Assembly (NCBI GenBank): GCA_965279375.1
Contig: OZ257156.1
Location: 4,352,001-4,416,000, forward strand
Reading direction: 5' to 3'
From: Gemmatimonas sp.
Lineage (GTDB): Bacteria > Gemmatimonadota > Gemmatimonadetes > Gemmatimonadales > Gemmatimonadaceae
DNA length: 64,000 nt
How positions within the stretch are numbered: position 1 is the first letter of the stretch; every line of letters starts with the position of its first letter. The position numbers and the translations under genes are program-made. Shown here one piece after another: positions 1 to 9,278 of the stretch. Under the pieces are notes generated by a model. The model was not told where the DNA came from. It searched no databases and saw nothing but the letters and a program-made list of their open reading frames with translations.

Positions 1-141
1 CGGCATCGTTGGTTCAGGATCCTCGACCGCGTGGATGAGCCGCGCAGGCGGGCGCCCTCTGCGCCGCCACGGCCCTAATCAACCCCATGCGGATACGACG
101 ATCTGACCCGTTCGAACGGCACGTCTCCTTGGGCCGCCCGC

Positions 142-900
142 CTAGTGCGCCGCGGCTCCGACGCCTTCGCTCTGCCAGCCCGTGAATGTGGGCGTCAGAG
201 CGGCCCACATGGTGGCCGCCACGCGCTTGGAGCCCTCCACGTTGGGGTGGATGCCATCCGCCTGATTGAGGCGCGGATCGCCAGCGACCCCCTGCAGGAG
301 GAACGGCAGCAACGTCACCCCCATCGCTTTGGCCGCCTTGTCGTAGACGGCGTGAAACCGCGAGGTGTAGTCGCGGCCGAGGTTGGTCGGCGCCTCCATC
401 TGCACGAGCAGAAGCGTCGCCGAGGGCTGACGTTTGCGAACCATGCCAATCAGCGCCACCAGATTGGCATACGTCGAATCAGGATCGACGCCGCGCAGCC
501 CATCGTTGGCGCCCACCTCGAGCACGACGGCGGCCGCCGGTTGCTCGAGCACCCACCCCGCGCGGCGCAGCGCGCCAGCCGACGTCTCGCCGCTCAAGCC
601 GGCATTGACGACGCTGATTCGGAATCCCGCCGAGTCCGCCTTGCGTTGTAGAAGCGCGGGGTACGCCTGGTCGGGATCGAGGCCGAGGCCGGCCGTCAGA
701 CTGGTACCGAGAATCACGACGCGACGAAGCGACGTGGCGCTGGTACTCGCCGCGGTTGCCCCGGAGCCAGACGCTCCGGTTGATTCCAACGTCGATTGCG
801 ACGTCGGCGTAGGCGTAGCGCTGTCGGCGGCGGCAGCAGGTTTGCCATCGCCGCACGCGCCCAGCCCGCACGCCAGCACACCGCTCAAGGCGAGACGCAT
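142..900 (-). CDS. tesA: Arylesterase/thioesterase, SGNH-GDSL family (TesA-like), predicted lipoprotein
   Basis: SGNH blocks GTSLTAG, NAGLSGETS, EVGANDG, DGIHPN. Start ATG at 900 gives MRLALSGVLACGLGAC (lipobox LGAC). Divergent from a ybbA/ybbP-like pair as in E. coli. Confidence 0.85.
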   Translation of the reverse strand: MRLALSGVLACGLGACGDGKPAAAADSATPTPTSQSTLESTGASGSGATAASTSATSLRRVVILGTSLTAGLGLDPDQAYPALLQRKADSAGFRISVVNAGLSGETSAGALRRAGWVLEQPAAAVVLEVGANDGLRGVDPDSTYANLVALIGMVRKRQPSATLLLVQMEAPTNLGRDYTSRFHAVYDKAAKAMGVTLLPFLLQGVAGDPRLNQADGIHPNVEGSKRVAATMWAALTPTFTGWQSEGVGAAAH

Positions 901-931
901 CGCCCATTCACTTCCCTTCCGCTTTGATCGC

Positions 932-1648
932 ATGCTCGTCGCCCGCGGGTTGACCAAGGAATACCAGAGTGGCACGCAGAAGCTCGTCGTGCTGAATGAT
1001 GTGTCGTTCGAAGTGCCACAGGGGGCTTTCGTCTCGATCGTCGGCCCCTCGGGGAGTGGCAAGACGACGCTGCTTGGCTTGCTCGCCGGCCTCGATACCC
1101 CAAGTCGTGGCACGGTTTCCTTCGATGGCACGGACATTGGCAGCCTCGGCGAAGACGAACGCGCGAAACTGCGCGGAGAGAAAGTTGGGTTCGTGTTCCA
1201 AAGCTTTCAATTGATCCCGACGCTGACAGCGCTCGAGAACGTGCAGGTGCCCCTCGAATTGGCGGGCAAGGTGTCCTCGCGCGATTCCGCCGCGCGCGCC
1301 GCGGACTTGCTCGCGCGCGTGGGCCTGGGCGATCGCACGCACCACTTTCCGCAGCAGCTCTCCGGTGGCGAGCAACAGCGCGTCGCACTCGCGCGCGCCT
1401 TCGTGAACGAACCGCGCATCCTCTTCGCCGACGAGCCGACGGGTAACCTCGACGGCTCCACCGGTGAACGCATCGTCGAGCTGCTCATGTCGCTCAATCG
1501 CGAGCGCGGCTGCACGATCGTGCTCGTCACACACGACGCGACGCTCGCGGCGCGCACACAGCGCACCATTCGCCTGAAGGACGGCGTGGTCGTGGAAGAC
1601 GTGCTGCACCCGGAGTTCGACGCAGCGGCTTCCAACATCGCCCGATGA
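932..1648 (+). CDS. ybbA: ABC transporter ATP-binding protein (YbbA/LolD-like)
   Basis: Walker A GPSGSGKT, signature LSGGEQQRVALARA, Walker B ILFADEPTGNLD. Start re-assigned to ATG at 932 (MLVARGLTKEY). Confidence 0.9.
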   Translation: MLVARGLTKEYQSGTQKLVVLNDVSFEVPQGAFVSIVGPSGSGKTTLLGLLAGLDTPSRGTVSFDGTDIGSLGEDERAKLRGEKVGFVFQSFQLIPTLTALENVQVPLELAGKVSSRDSAARAADLLARVGLGDRTHHFPQQLSGGEQQRVALARAFVNEPRILFADEPTGNLDGSTGERIVELLMSLNRERGCTIVLVTHDATLAARTQRTIRLKDGVVVEDVLHPEFDAAASNIAR

Positions 1649-4443
1649 CGACCGCGGCACTCCTCCGACTCGCGTGGCGCGAGAGTCGCACGGCACGTCG
1701 CCGGCTTGCGCTCTACATGTCGTCGATCGCCTTCGGTGCTGCGGCGCTCGTCGCGATCGACTCGTTCGCCGGCAACGTCACACGCTCCATTCGCGATCAG
1801 TCGCGCACACTTCTTGGCGGCGACCTGTCCATGCAGGCGGGGCGCGTCTTCCCGGCCGTCGTGGACACGCTGCTCGACTCGCTCTCCAAGGCGAACATTC
1901 CGTCGGCGCGCGTCACCACGTTCGCGTCGATGGCGCAGGCGCAGCGCACAGGCAACACACGGTTGGTGCAGGTGCGTGCGGTGACGCCGGGCTTTCCGTT
2001 CTACGGCGAGATCGAAACGAATCCCAAGGGGCTCTGGAGCACGGTCCACGACTCGCCGATCGTCTTCGTGGATGCGTCGTTGCTGATCTCGCTCGATGCG
2101 CAGGTTGGCGATTCGCTGCGGCTTGGCACGCAGATGTTCCGCATCGCCGGAACGCTGGGCAATGTGCCCGGTGACGCCGGCATCGCGTCGGTGATCGGGC
2201 CACGCGTGTATTTCTCCTCGCGATGGACCGAGGCCACCGGTCTGCTTCGCTTCGGCAGCCGCGCCGAATACAAGGCGGTGCTGCGATTGCCGCCAGCGCT
2301 CGCCTCGACCGACGCCGCCGCGAAGACTCGCCTCGCCTTGCTGCGGCGCGTGGACCCGGCCGGCGCTGCGGCCTTCGAGAAGGCAGAAGCATCGCGCCGT
2401 CGGCGAGATGGCAACGACGCGCCCAGCGACGCACCGGAAGAGCCGTCGCGTACGCCGAATACCGTGACCGATTCGACCAAGCCGCTCGCCGTCACCGTGG
2501 CCGACTCCGCACGCGGCGCAGCGGCAGACAGCGCAAGGCCGGACAGCGCCACCGGGCTCTCGTCGGCGGTGCCACCCGCACGCGTGCGCATGCGCACCGT
2601 TGCAGACACGGAGCGCGACTTTACGTCGGCCGTCGCGCAGCTCGCCGACTTTCTCAGCATCATCGGTCTGATCGCGTTGCTGTTGGGCGGCATCGGTGTC
2701 GCCAGCGGCGTGAACGCGTTCGTCTCGAGCAAGATCGACACGGTGGCTGTCCTGCGTTGTCTGGGTGCCACGGGCCGTCAGGTGCTTGCACTGTACGTCG
2801 TGCAGGCGGGCGCCATGGGGCTCGTCGGCGCGAGCGCTGGCGCCGCGCTGGGAGTGGCGGTGCAGTTTCTGTTGCCGCGCGTCGTGTCCGACTTCCTGCC
2901 GATCGACGTGACCATCGCACTCGAGCCGCGGCCGTTGCTGCTCGGCTTGGCGACGGGTGTGTGGGTGTCGCTGGTGTTCGCAATGCGCCCATTGCTGGCG
3001 CTGCGTCGCGTATCGCCGCTGCAAGCCATTCGACGCGAAGCCGATGCGACGGCGCTGCCACGCGAGTGGAAGGATCTCGCCCGCTTGTCTGTCGATGGGC
3101 TGCTGGTCGGCAGCATCGTCGCGATCATCGTGGCGCGCATGGGCGACTGGCGCGACGGGTTGATCATCAGCGCGTCGATCACGGGTGCGGTCGCCGTGTT
3201 GTGGGTATCCGCGACGGCGCTGATCGCCGCGGCGCGCCGCAGCACGCGCGCCTCTTGGCCGTTCGAGTTGCGCCAGGGTATCGCCAATCTCCATCGCCCC
3301 GCCAATCAAACGCGCGCCGTCACGCTGGCACTCGGCTTCGGCGCGTTCCTGCTCAGCACCGTGTATCTCGTGCAGTCCAACCTGCTGGGACGTGTGCAGA
3401 GCACCGCCGATGCATCGGCAGGCAACCTGTTGTTCTTCGATGTGCAGGACGATCAGGCGGCGCCGCTCGACTCGATTCTGGCGTCGCGCAAGTTGGAGGT
3501 GGTGCAGCGTACGCCGATCGTGACGATGCGCGTGGATGCAATCAACGGGCGCAGCGTTGCCGCGCTGGTCGCCGACACGACGGTTAAGCGCGCAGGATGG
3601 GCGCTCCGTCGCGAATTCCGCTCGACGTATCGCGAAAAGATCGTGGATTCCGAAAAGCTGCTGTCGGGAAGCTGGTTCCCTGACAGTGCAGCGCGAGCCC
3701 GTGATCGCGTCGCACATCCGGATGCGCCATTCCCCGTGTCCTTCGAGCGCGACGTTGCACGTGATCTGGGCGTGGCTATCGGCGACACGGTGACATGGAA
3801 TGTGCAGGGCGTTCCCGTGCGTACGGTCATCACGAACTTGCGGACGGTCGACTGGGCGCGTTTCGAAGCGAATTTCTTTCTCGTCTTCGCGCCGGAAGCG
3901 ATTCGCAATGCGCCGCAGCAGTTCGTGATCGTGGCCAACGCGCCCGATCCCGACGTGCTCGCCGCCGTGCAGCGTGACGCTGTGCGCCGATTCCCGAACA
4001 TTTCGAGCCTGGATCTCTCGCTGGTGCGTCAGACGATCGGCTCCATCGTCAATCGCGTCACGCTGGCGATCCGCTTCCTCGGCCTGTTCTCGATTGCGAT
4101 GGGCATTCCCGTGCTCTTCAGCGCCGTCGCGGCGACGCGTCGTGCTCGGCTGCGTGAGGGTGTGCTGTTGCGCACGCTGGGAGCGACGCAGGCGCAGGTC
4201 GCGCGCGTGTTGTTGGCGGAGTACGCGGCGTTGGGCGCACTCGGCGCGCTGACCGGAATGGTGCTGGCGTTTGGCGGAGCGTGGGGACTGACGCGCTTCG
4301 TCTTCAAGGACCCGTTCGATCCGGCGGTGCTTCCTGCGTTTGCCATCGCCGGCGGCATGTTGCTCCTGACCATGGGCATCGGACTGCTGACCAGCCGCGA
4401 CGTCTATCGCACCACGCCGATGGCAGCCATTCGCGAAGCCTGA
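1645..4443 (+). CDS. ybbP: ABC transporter permease, FtsX/MacB type (YbbP-like)
   Basis: LAWRESR N-terminus, LLGGDL, two FtsX-like TM blocks (AVLRCLGAT; LLRTLGAT), VDWARFEANFF. ATGA overlap with the ATPase stop. Confidence 0.85.
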   Translation: MTTAALLRLAWRESRTARRRLALYMSSIAFGAAALVAIDSFAGNVTRSIRDQSRTLLGGDLSMQAGRVFPAVVDTLLDSLSKANIPSARVTTFASMAQAQRTGNTRLVQVRAVTPGFPFYGEIETNPKGLWSTVHDSPIVFVDASLLISLDAQVGDSLRLGTQMFRIAGTLGNVPGDAGIASVIGPRVYFSSRWTEATGLLRFGSRAEYKAVLRLPPALASTDAAAKTRLALLRRVDPAGAAAFEKAEASRRRRDGNDAPSDAPEEPSRTPNTVTDSTKPLAVTVADSARGAAADSARPDSATGLSSAVPPARVRMRTVADTERDFTSAVAQLADFLSIIGLIALLLGGIGVASGVNAFVSSKIDTVAVLRCLGATGRQVLALYVVQAGAMGLVGASAGAALGVAVQFLLPRVVSDFLPIDVTIALEPRPLLLGLATGVWVSLVFAMRPLLALRRVSPLQAIRREADATALPREWKDLARLSVDGLLVGSIVAIIVARMGDWRDGLIISASITGAVAVLWVSATALIAAARRSTRASWPFELRQGIANLHRPANQTRAVTLALGFGAFLLSTVYLVQSNLLGRVQSTADASAGNLLFFDVQDDQAAPLDSILASRKLEVVQRTPIVTMRVDAINGRSVAALVADTTVKRAGWALRREFRSTYREKIVDSEKLLSGSWFPDSAARARDRVAHPDAPFPVSFERDVARDLGVAIGDTVTWNVQGVPVRTVITNLRTVDWARFEANFFLVFAPEAIRNAPQQFVIVANAPDPDVLAAVQRDAVRRFPNISSLDLSLVRQTIGSIVNRVTLAIRFLGLFSIAMGIPVLFSAVAATRRARLREGVLLRTLGATQAQVARVLLAEYAALGALGALTGMVLAFGGAWGLTRFVFKDPFDPAVLPAFAIAGGMLLLTMGIGLLTSRDVYRTTPMAAIREA

Positions 4444-4475
4444 GCGTCACGCGTCATCACAACGCCGCGCTGCAG

Positions 4476-5297
4476 TCAACGACCCACGAGGCCGTACGCT
4501 ACCGGGGCTGACGACTGCGGCGCGAGACTCACCCACACTCGCATGCCGACGGCGCTGCGCAGTGTGGGTGGCGCGACGGGGAGCGGCTTGACCCCACCGC
4601 CATCCGTGAGCAACAACGCCCACCCGCCATCCCGCTGCGTTAACACGCCGTCGAACGCGGGCACGCCCTTGGCCGAGCGCACGATGTAGTCGAAGACAAC
4701 AACGTCGCGCGACGACACGAGGAAACCACGCACGACCACCTCGAGGCCGACCAGCTTGGACATGCCGCTGGTGGCCATGCCGCTCAGGGCGACCTCGCGC
4801 TGGCCACCGTTGGCCATCAGCACCAGCTGCGGCACCGCCGCCGAGCCAATCAGCGTCACGACGCCGCGCACTGTATCGGCATTGGGCCTGCGCGTCCGCT
4901 CAGTCGCCGCCGTAACCTTCTGCAGCTCCGCTCGCGCCATGGAATCTCCGCGAGCGCGCGCACGCGCCGTAATGCCAGCCCCACTTGGCCGCTGCGAATC
5001 GGTTCGAGCCGTACGTTGTTCTGCCAGCAGCGCGGAGTCCATCGCCACGCGAAGTCGCGCATCGGCGTCAACGCGCAACGAATCCATCAACGGCGCCTGC
5101 TGCCCGAGGCCCGCGACCAACGAGTCTCCGCGCAACGCCAGCGTATCCAATCCCGGCACGTCGCCTCGAATTTCGATGTTGCCGTCGTCTTTGCACGCGA
5201 CAACGGCAAGAGAAAGCGCCCCGGCACCAAGTCGGAGAAGCATTCGGCGGACGGAGCGCGCCACCTCGCGATGCGGATTCGGGTCGATTTTCTGCAT
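4476..5297 (-). CDS. Hypothetical lipoprotein
   Basis: 273-aa ORF with basic N-region, hydrophobic stretch and lipobox-like AVVAC. Fills the space between flanking genes. Confidence 0.6.
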   Translation of the reverse strand: MQKIDPNPHREVARSVRRMLLRLGAGALSLAVVACKDDGNIEIRGDVPGLDTLALRGDSLVAGLGQQAPLMDSLRVDADARLRVAMDSALLAEQRTARTDSQRPSGAGITARARARGDSMARAELQKVTAATERTRRPNADTVRGVVTLIGSAAVPQLVLMANGGQREVALSGMATSGMSKLVGLEVVVRGFLVSSRDVVVFDYIVRSAKGVPAFDGVLTQRDGGWALLLTDGGGVKPLPVAPPTLRSAVGMRVWVSLAPQSSAPVAYGLVGR

Positions 5298-5568
5298 ACG
5301 TGTGCTAACCTACGTATGCGTCACGCGCCGTCAACGGAGTTGCAACGCGGTATCGCTCATAATCGGAAGCGGCATTGCTGGGCAACCGAGATGATGACGC
5401 ACCGACATCCGTGGGACGACTCGTTGTGCAACCATGCCGTGGATATCATTCCACACGTGGTGCAGATCACGATTCGGATCGACAATTCGCGCGCTTGGCA
5501 CGAAAGCGTTCGCCGCTCGTCTTGTACCGTCACTACACTGGCAACCTAGGGTGACCATCTCCGTCACG

Positions 5569-7053
5569 ATGCGTCATCCCACTGTGACCGTCTCCCTCAT
5601 CACCGAACGCGACATGCGCGACCCGCGCGCTGCCTGGAGCATCGAGAACAGCCGCGGCATGGAGTGCGCGGAGCGCGGCGCGTGGTCGGACGCAGTCGCC
5701 GCGTTCAGCTCGGCGGCGGAGGCGGTGGCGGATCCGCAGGCTTCCGGTGCGCCGGACGTGCTAGCGCTCGTGCTTGGCAACCTTGCGACGGCCTGTTTTC
5801 GCGCCGGCTCGCTGGCGGACGGCATCCGTCACGCGCAGCGAGCGTGCGCCATCCGCGTGGCGTTGGCCGGTGAAGACGCCACATCGGTTGCGAGGGCTCG
5901 ATCGGATCTGGCGGTGATGCTCTGCGCGGCCGGCCGTGGGGACGAGGCGGCAGCGCTCATCGCGCGGGCTATCGCGAATGTCGAGCGCAGTGCGGGCGAC
6001 GATGATGTGCGACTGGTGCCGCTGTACGAGAACGCAGCGCGTGTCGCCCTCGCGCTAGGCAAGCTCGACGAAGCGGACTTCCCGCTGCAGCGGATGCACA
6101 CGCTGCTGTCGGTGTACGCCCTGCCCACCGATCGCGCGGCCCAACTGCAAGCGCGTGTGCTCGCCGCACGTGCCCGTTCCGTGACGCCGCCACCTGCGGT
6201 CGCGCCGGACCTGGATGACCAGCCGCTGCTGGATGACCAGCCGCTGCGTGATGCAGTGGCCGTCACGGACGTGCTGCTGCGCACCACTCCCCGTGGCGTG
6301 GCGATCATTCGCGAAGAGGAGCGAGCGTCAGAGCTGCTGGCCGATGCGCTTCCGGACGACGTGGAGCTGACGGCGACGTTCGCCGAGGAGCTGGAGCGCG
6401 ACCTGCAAGCCACCCTGCCGATGCCGCGACGCGCACCGAACGCGGACCCGTCGGTGGCGCCAACGCTTGGCTTCGCGATTGAGCACGGCTTCACGGGCTA
6501 CGAAGAGCACCACATGGGCTCGGCGACGCAGGCGCCGGAACCTGCGCGCGCGGAGGACACATCGGCGCTCGGTCTCGAGCTGACGCTCGCCGACGCTGTG
6601 CCGCAGTCGCCGGCACCGCTTACGCCTGTGCCTGTGCCTGTGCCTGTGCCCGTGCCTGTCTCGACCTTGCCGGTGGATCCGACGCCGGCCTCTTTTGCGG
6701 AGAGCCAAGCGCTCGAGTCGCTCGACGTCCTGCCCATGCGTCGTAGCGCGCCACGCGGCATCGCCGTGGTGATGCCGTCGCCGCACGATGGCGCACCGAC
6801 AATCGCCGCCGCTTTTGGCCCCATCGCGGACGCACGGACTGCCGCCGGCGAGATTGCCGACGCGTCAGCAAGCGACGAATCCGTCGTGGAAACAGTCGGG
6901 GCCACCGGTCGAGAGCGGCGACCGTTTGGAGCCGCGCTACGCGCGGGCCGTGCGGCCGCGCCGCAGAGCTCGCACGGGATGCTCATTGCGGCCGCCGCGA
7001 CTATCGCGGCGGGTGCCGCCGCGGCGTGGTTCTTCCTGCAGAGCGGCCGTTAA
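5569..7053 (+). CDS. Tetratricopeptide-repeat protein with Pro-rich linker and C-terminal membrane anchor
   Basis: TPR-like helices (ALVLGNLATACFRAG..., ARARSDLAVMLCAAG...), acidic/Pro-rich middle, hydrophobic C-terminus. Start uncertain (5434/5569/5614). Confidence 0.6.
   Translation: MRHPTVTVSLITERDMRDPRAAWSIENSRGMECAERGAWSDAVAAFSSAAEAVADPQASGAPDVLALVLGNLATACFRAGSLADGIRHAQRACAIRVALAGEDATSVARARSDLAVMLCAAGRGDEAAALIARAIANVERSAGDDDVRLVPLYENAARVALALGKLDEADFPLQRMHTLLSVYALPTDRAAQLQARVLAARARSVTPPPAVAPDLDDQPLLDDQPLRDAVAVTDVLLRTTPRGVAIIREEERASELLADALPDDVELTATFAEELERDLQATLPMPRRAPNADPSVAPTLGFAIEHGFTGYEEHHMGSATQAPEPARAEDTSALGLELTLADAVPQSPAPLTPVPVPVPVPVPVSTLPVDPTPASFAESQALESLDVLPMRRSAPRGIAVVMPSPHDGAPTIAAAFGPIADARTAAGEIADASASDESVVETVGATGRERRPFGAALRAGRAAAPQSSHGMLIAAAATIAAGAAAAWFFLQSGR
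6211..6246 (+). repeat. 18-bp perfect tandem duplication (CTGGATGACCAGCCGCTG x2) encoding LDDQPL-LDDQPL
   Basis: Read directly from the sequence. Confidence 0.9.
6625..6660 (+). repeat. Hexanucleotide microsatellite (CCTGTG)x4 plus two variant units, encoding (PV)6
   Basis: cctgtg cctgtg cctgtg cctgtg cccgtg cctgtc read directly. Confidence 0.9.
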
Positions 7054-7077
7054 GACAGCCGGTCGTGACCTGCCGCC

Positions 7078-7299
7078 TTAGTTCTTGTGGCGGAACGTGA
7101 TGCGGCCGCGCGTGAGGTCGTACGGCGAGACCTCGACGGTGACGCGATCGCCAGCGAGCACACGAATGCGGTTGCGGCGCATATTGCCAGCCAGTGTCGT
7201 GAGCACTTCATGACCGCTCTGGACGGTCACGCGGAACGTGGCGTTCGGCAGCAACTCGGTGACGGTGCCTTCTAGTTCGATCGCGTCCTGCTTACTCAT
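7078..7299 (-). CDS. infA: Translation initiation factor IF-1
   Basis: [24 protein letters not shown]...[16 protein letters not shown], 73 aa. GAGGT RBS upstream. Confidence 0.97.
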   Translation of the reverse strand: MSKQDAIELEGTVTELLPNATFRVTVQSGHEVLTTLAGNMRRNRIRVLAGDRVTVEVSPYDLTRGRITFRHKN

Positions 7300-7468
7300 G
7301 TATTCACGTACCTCAAACTGCGACTCGGTGTGGCCCACGCGCGGATCGTGCGGGCACGGTCTCGGAAATGTAAGCGTCAGCGTGTCCCATGGGCCACCTG
7401 ACGCAAGAATCGCGGCTTTCATCCTCTCGACGCGCTGGTGAGCGCGCCTCCCCTCAGCCCTCCGATCG

Positions 7469-8419
7469 CTGCCTCAGTCGCCCAGCTCTCCATCGTCCCC
7501 CCGGTCGCCGCACCCGCTCGCGAAGGCCCGGGTCCTCGTCGTCGGTCCGGGCTGGCTCGGGCGAACCATCGCCGAACAGCTCGAGACATGCGGCGCCCAG
7601 GTGTGGACGCTGCAACGCACGCCGGCGATCGCAACGACCGATTCGACCATCGTCGCGGTGACGGGCGATGTCGCCAAGGCCGCCGCCGACGAAGCGGTGC
7701 TGGCGCTGCTCCCCACGCGTATGGACCATGTCGTGCTCAGCATCGCCCCTTCGCGCACTCGCGGCGACACCCACGAGAGCACGTATCCGTCTGCCGCGCG
7801 CGGCGCAGTGATGCTGGCGGCTACGCTGCAGGCCCGCTCGATCCTCTACACGTCGAGCACCGGCGTGTACGGGCGCACGGACGGCTCCCCGGTGGATGAA
7901 GCGACGCCGCTACTTCCCACCGACGAGCGACAGCGCGCGCTCGTGGAGGCCGAGGAGATCGTGCTGGGTACGGCCAAGGAGGCTGGCGTGGGTTCGATCG
8001 TGCTGCGAATCGCTGGGCTGTACGGCCCCGGCCGTGATCCGGCCCGCCGCTTTCTGGACCCCGCAACGACCGCGGATGGTGGGCTGGGCTGGAGCAATTT
8101 CGCGTGGCGCGATGATGCCGCGAGCGCGGTGGTGCATCTGCTGGCCACACCCGAGCTCGAGCAGGGCGGCCACGTTTTCAACTGTGCGGACGGCGTACCG
8201 ATGCAGGCGCGCGATATCGCCGGCGCTCTTGGCGTGACGGTTCCGCGTCCGTCGCACCTCGCCGGCACATCGGCCGGCTCAAGTGGACGATCCAATCAGC
8301 GCATCGTGGTGGATCGTTTGCGTGCGAGTGGTTGGACGCCGACCGTTCGCGACGTGCTGGACGGGCTGGAGGTTCTGGGTCATGTGGTGACGCGTCCATC
8401 GAGGCGGTTCGACTCGTGA
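7469..8419 (+). CDS. NAD(P)-dependent epimerase/dehydratase, atypical SDR (YeeZ-like); start codon unresolved
   Basis: In-frame Rossmann motif [11 protein letters not shown] lies upstream of the ORF-track start (7601). Also YTSSTGVYG and [11 protein letters not shown]. The frame is open from 7442 and the only plausible initiator is CTG at 7469. Confidence 0.7.
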   Translation: MPQSPSSPSSPRSPHPLAKARVLVVGPGWLGRTIAEQLETCGAQVWTLQRTPAIATTDSTIVAVTGDVAKAAADEAVLALLPTRMDHVVLSIAPSRTRGDTHESTYPSAARGAVMLAATLQARSILYTSSTGVYGRTDGSPVDEATPLLPTDERQRALVEAEEIVLGTAKEAGVGSIVLRIAGLYGPGRDPARRFLDPATTADGGLGWSNFAWRDDAASAVVHLLATPELEQGGHVFNCADGVPMQARDIAGALGVTVPRPSHLAGTSAGSSGRSNQRIVVDRLRASGWTPTVRDVLDGLEVLGHVVTRPSRRFDS

Positions 8420-8847
8420 CGGATTCCGGAGCGCCCGCGGGCGTTGGTGCCATGCCGTACGGGCCAGAGACCGCGGTGGTCCGACGATTTCTGGTCAGAC
8501 TGGCGGCGCTCGATCTGCCGGCACACGACGCCGTGGTCGATCGCTTCTCCACTCTTTCGCTGGCACCCGCCTTCGGGGCGGCCGATCTGTCGTTGGGCGA
8601 AGCGATCGAACGGAGTGGTCGGGCGGACGCACGCGACGCGTTGGCCGGTCCGCTGCTACAGCTGGTGCGTGATCGGGACGCCGAGCAGCCCGAGGATGCG
8701 GAGCGCGTAGCGCTCGATCCTATCGCGGAGCCGGCGTTGGCGGCGTTGCTCGCATTGCTGGTGCGTGATCTGCTGAGCGCCGAAACGCTTGCAGTGCTCT
8801 ACGCGCCGTTTGCCGACGTCATTTCTCTGAATAGCCTGCTCGACTGA
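8416..8847 (+). CDS. Hypothetical protein
   Basis: GTG start overlapping the upstream TGA (GTGA). Helical Ala/Leu-rich 143 aa. Confidence 0.55.
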   Translation: MTDSGAPAGVGAMPYGPETAVVRRFLVRLAALDLPAHDAVVDRFSTLSLAPAFGAADLSLGEAIERSGRADARDALAGPLLQLVRDRDAEQPEDAERVALDPIAEPALAALLALLVRDLLSAETLAVLYAPFADVISLNSLLD

Positions 8848-8864
8848 GCGAACGAGCACCGCGC

Positions 8865-9278
8865 CTACGAGACAGTATCCGCGCGGGGTTCGGCAGCGAG
8901 CGTGAAACGTGGGATGACCGCGTCGAAGGTGGTGCTGTCATCGCGCACAAAGCGGTACGCGCCTTCCATCCAACCGTGCGGTGCCTTGAGGACGCAGAAG
9001 GAGCGATACTCGTGCACTTGTCCCGGCATGAGATGCGGCTGTTCACCGACGACGCCCTCGCCCTCGACCACCGTATCGCCCACCGCGTCGTCGTGAATGA
9101 GCCAGCGGCGCGTGCGCAGTTGTGCGCCCAGATCGGCGACGTTCTCGATCCGGATGTCGTACGCGAAGACGTACTGCTCGAGCATCGGGTTGGAGCGATC
9201 GCGGAGATACGTCGGGCGCACGGAGATGCGGATACCTGACGTGATCTTGTAGAAGAACGACGGGCGATCAGTGCTCAT
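8865..9278 (-). CDS. apaG: ApaG (CorD/DUF525) protein
   Basis: YVFAYDIRIEN, QLRTRRWLIHD, VEGEGVVGEQPHLMPG, MEGAYRF. Confidence 0.93.
   Translation of the reverse strand: MSTDRPSFFYKITSGIRISVRPTYLRDRSNPMLEQYVFAYDIRIENVADLGAQLRTRRWLIHDDAVGDTVVEGEGVVGEQPHLMPGQVHEYRSFCVLKAPHGWMEGAYRFVRDDSTTFDAVIPRFTLAAEPRADTVS

Noticed and set aside
434..931. N-terminal extensions of the ABC ATPase (from 434) and TesA (to 1137) in the ORF track
   Set aside because: Each extension is only the antisense of the other gene. Family homology starts at 932 and about 900.
1207..3717. 836-aa minus-strand ORF
   Set aside because: Antisense shadow of the ybbA/ybbP genes with no recognisable domain.
5495..5515. TTGGCACG sigma-54 -24-like element
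   Set aside because: No TTGC at the required -12 spacing.
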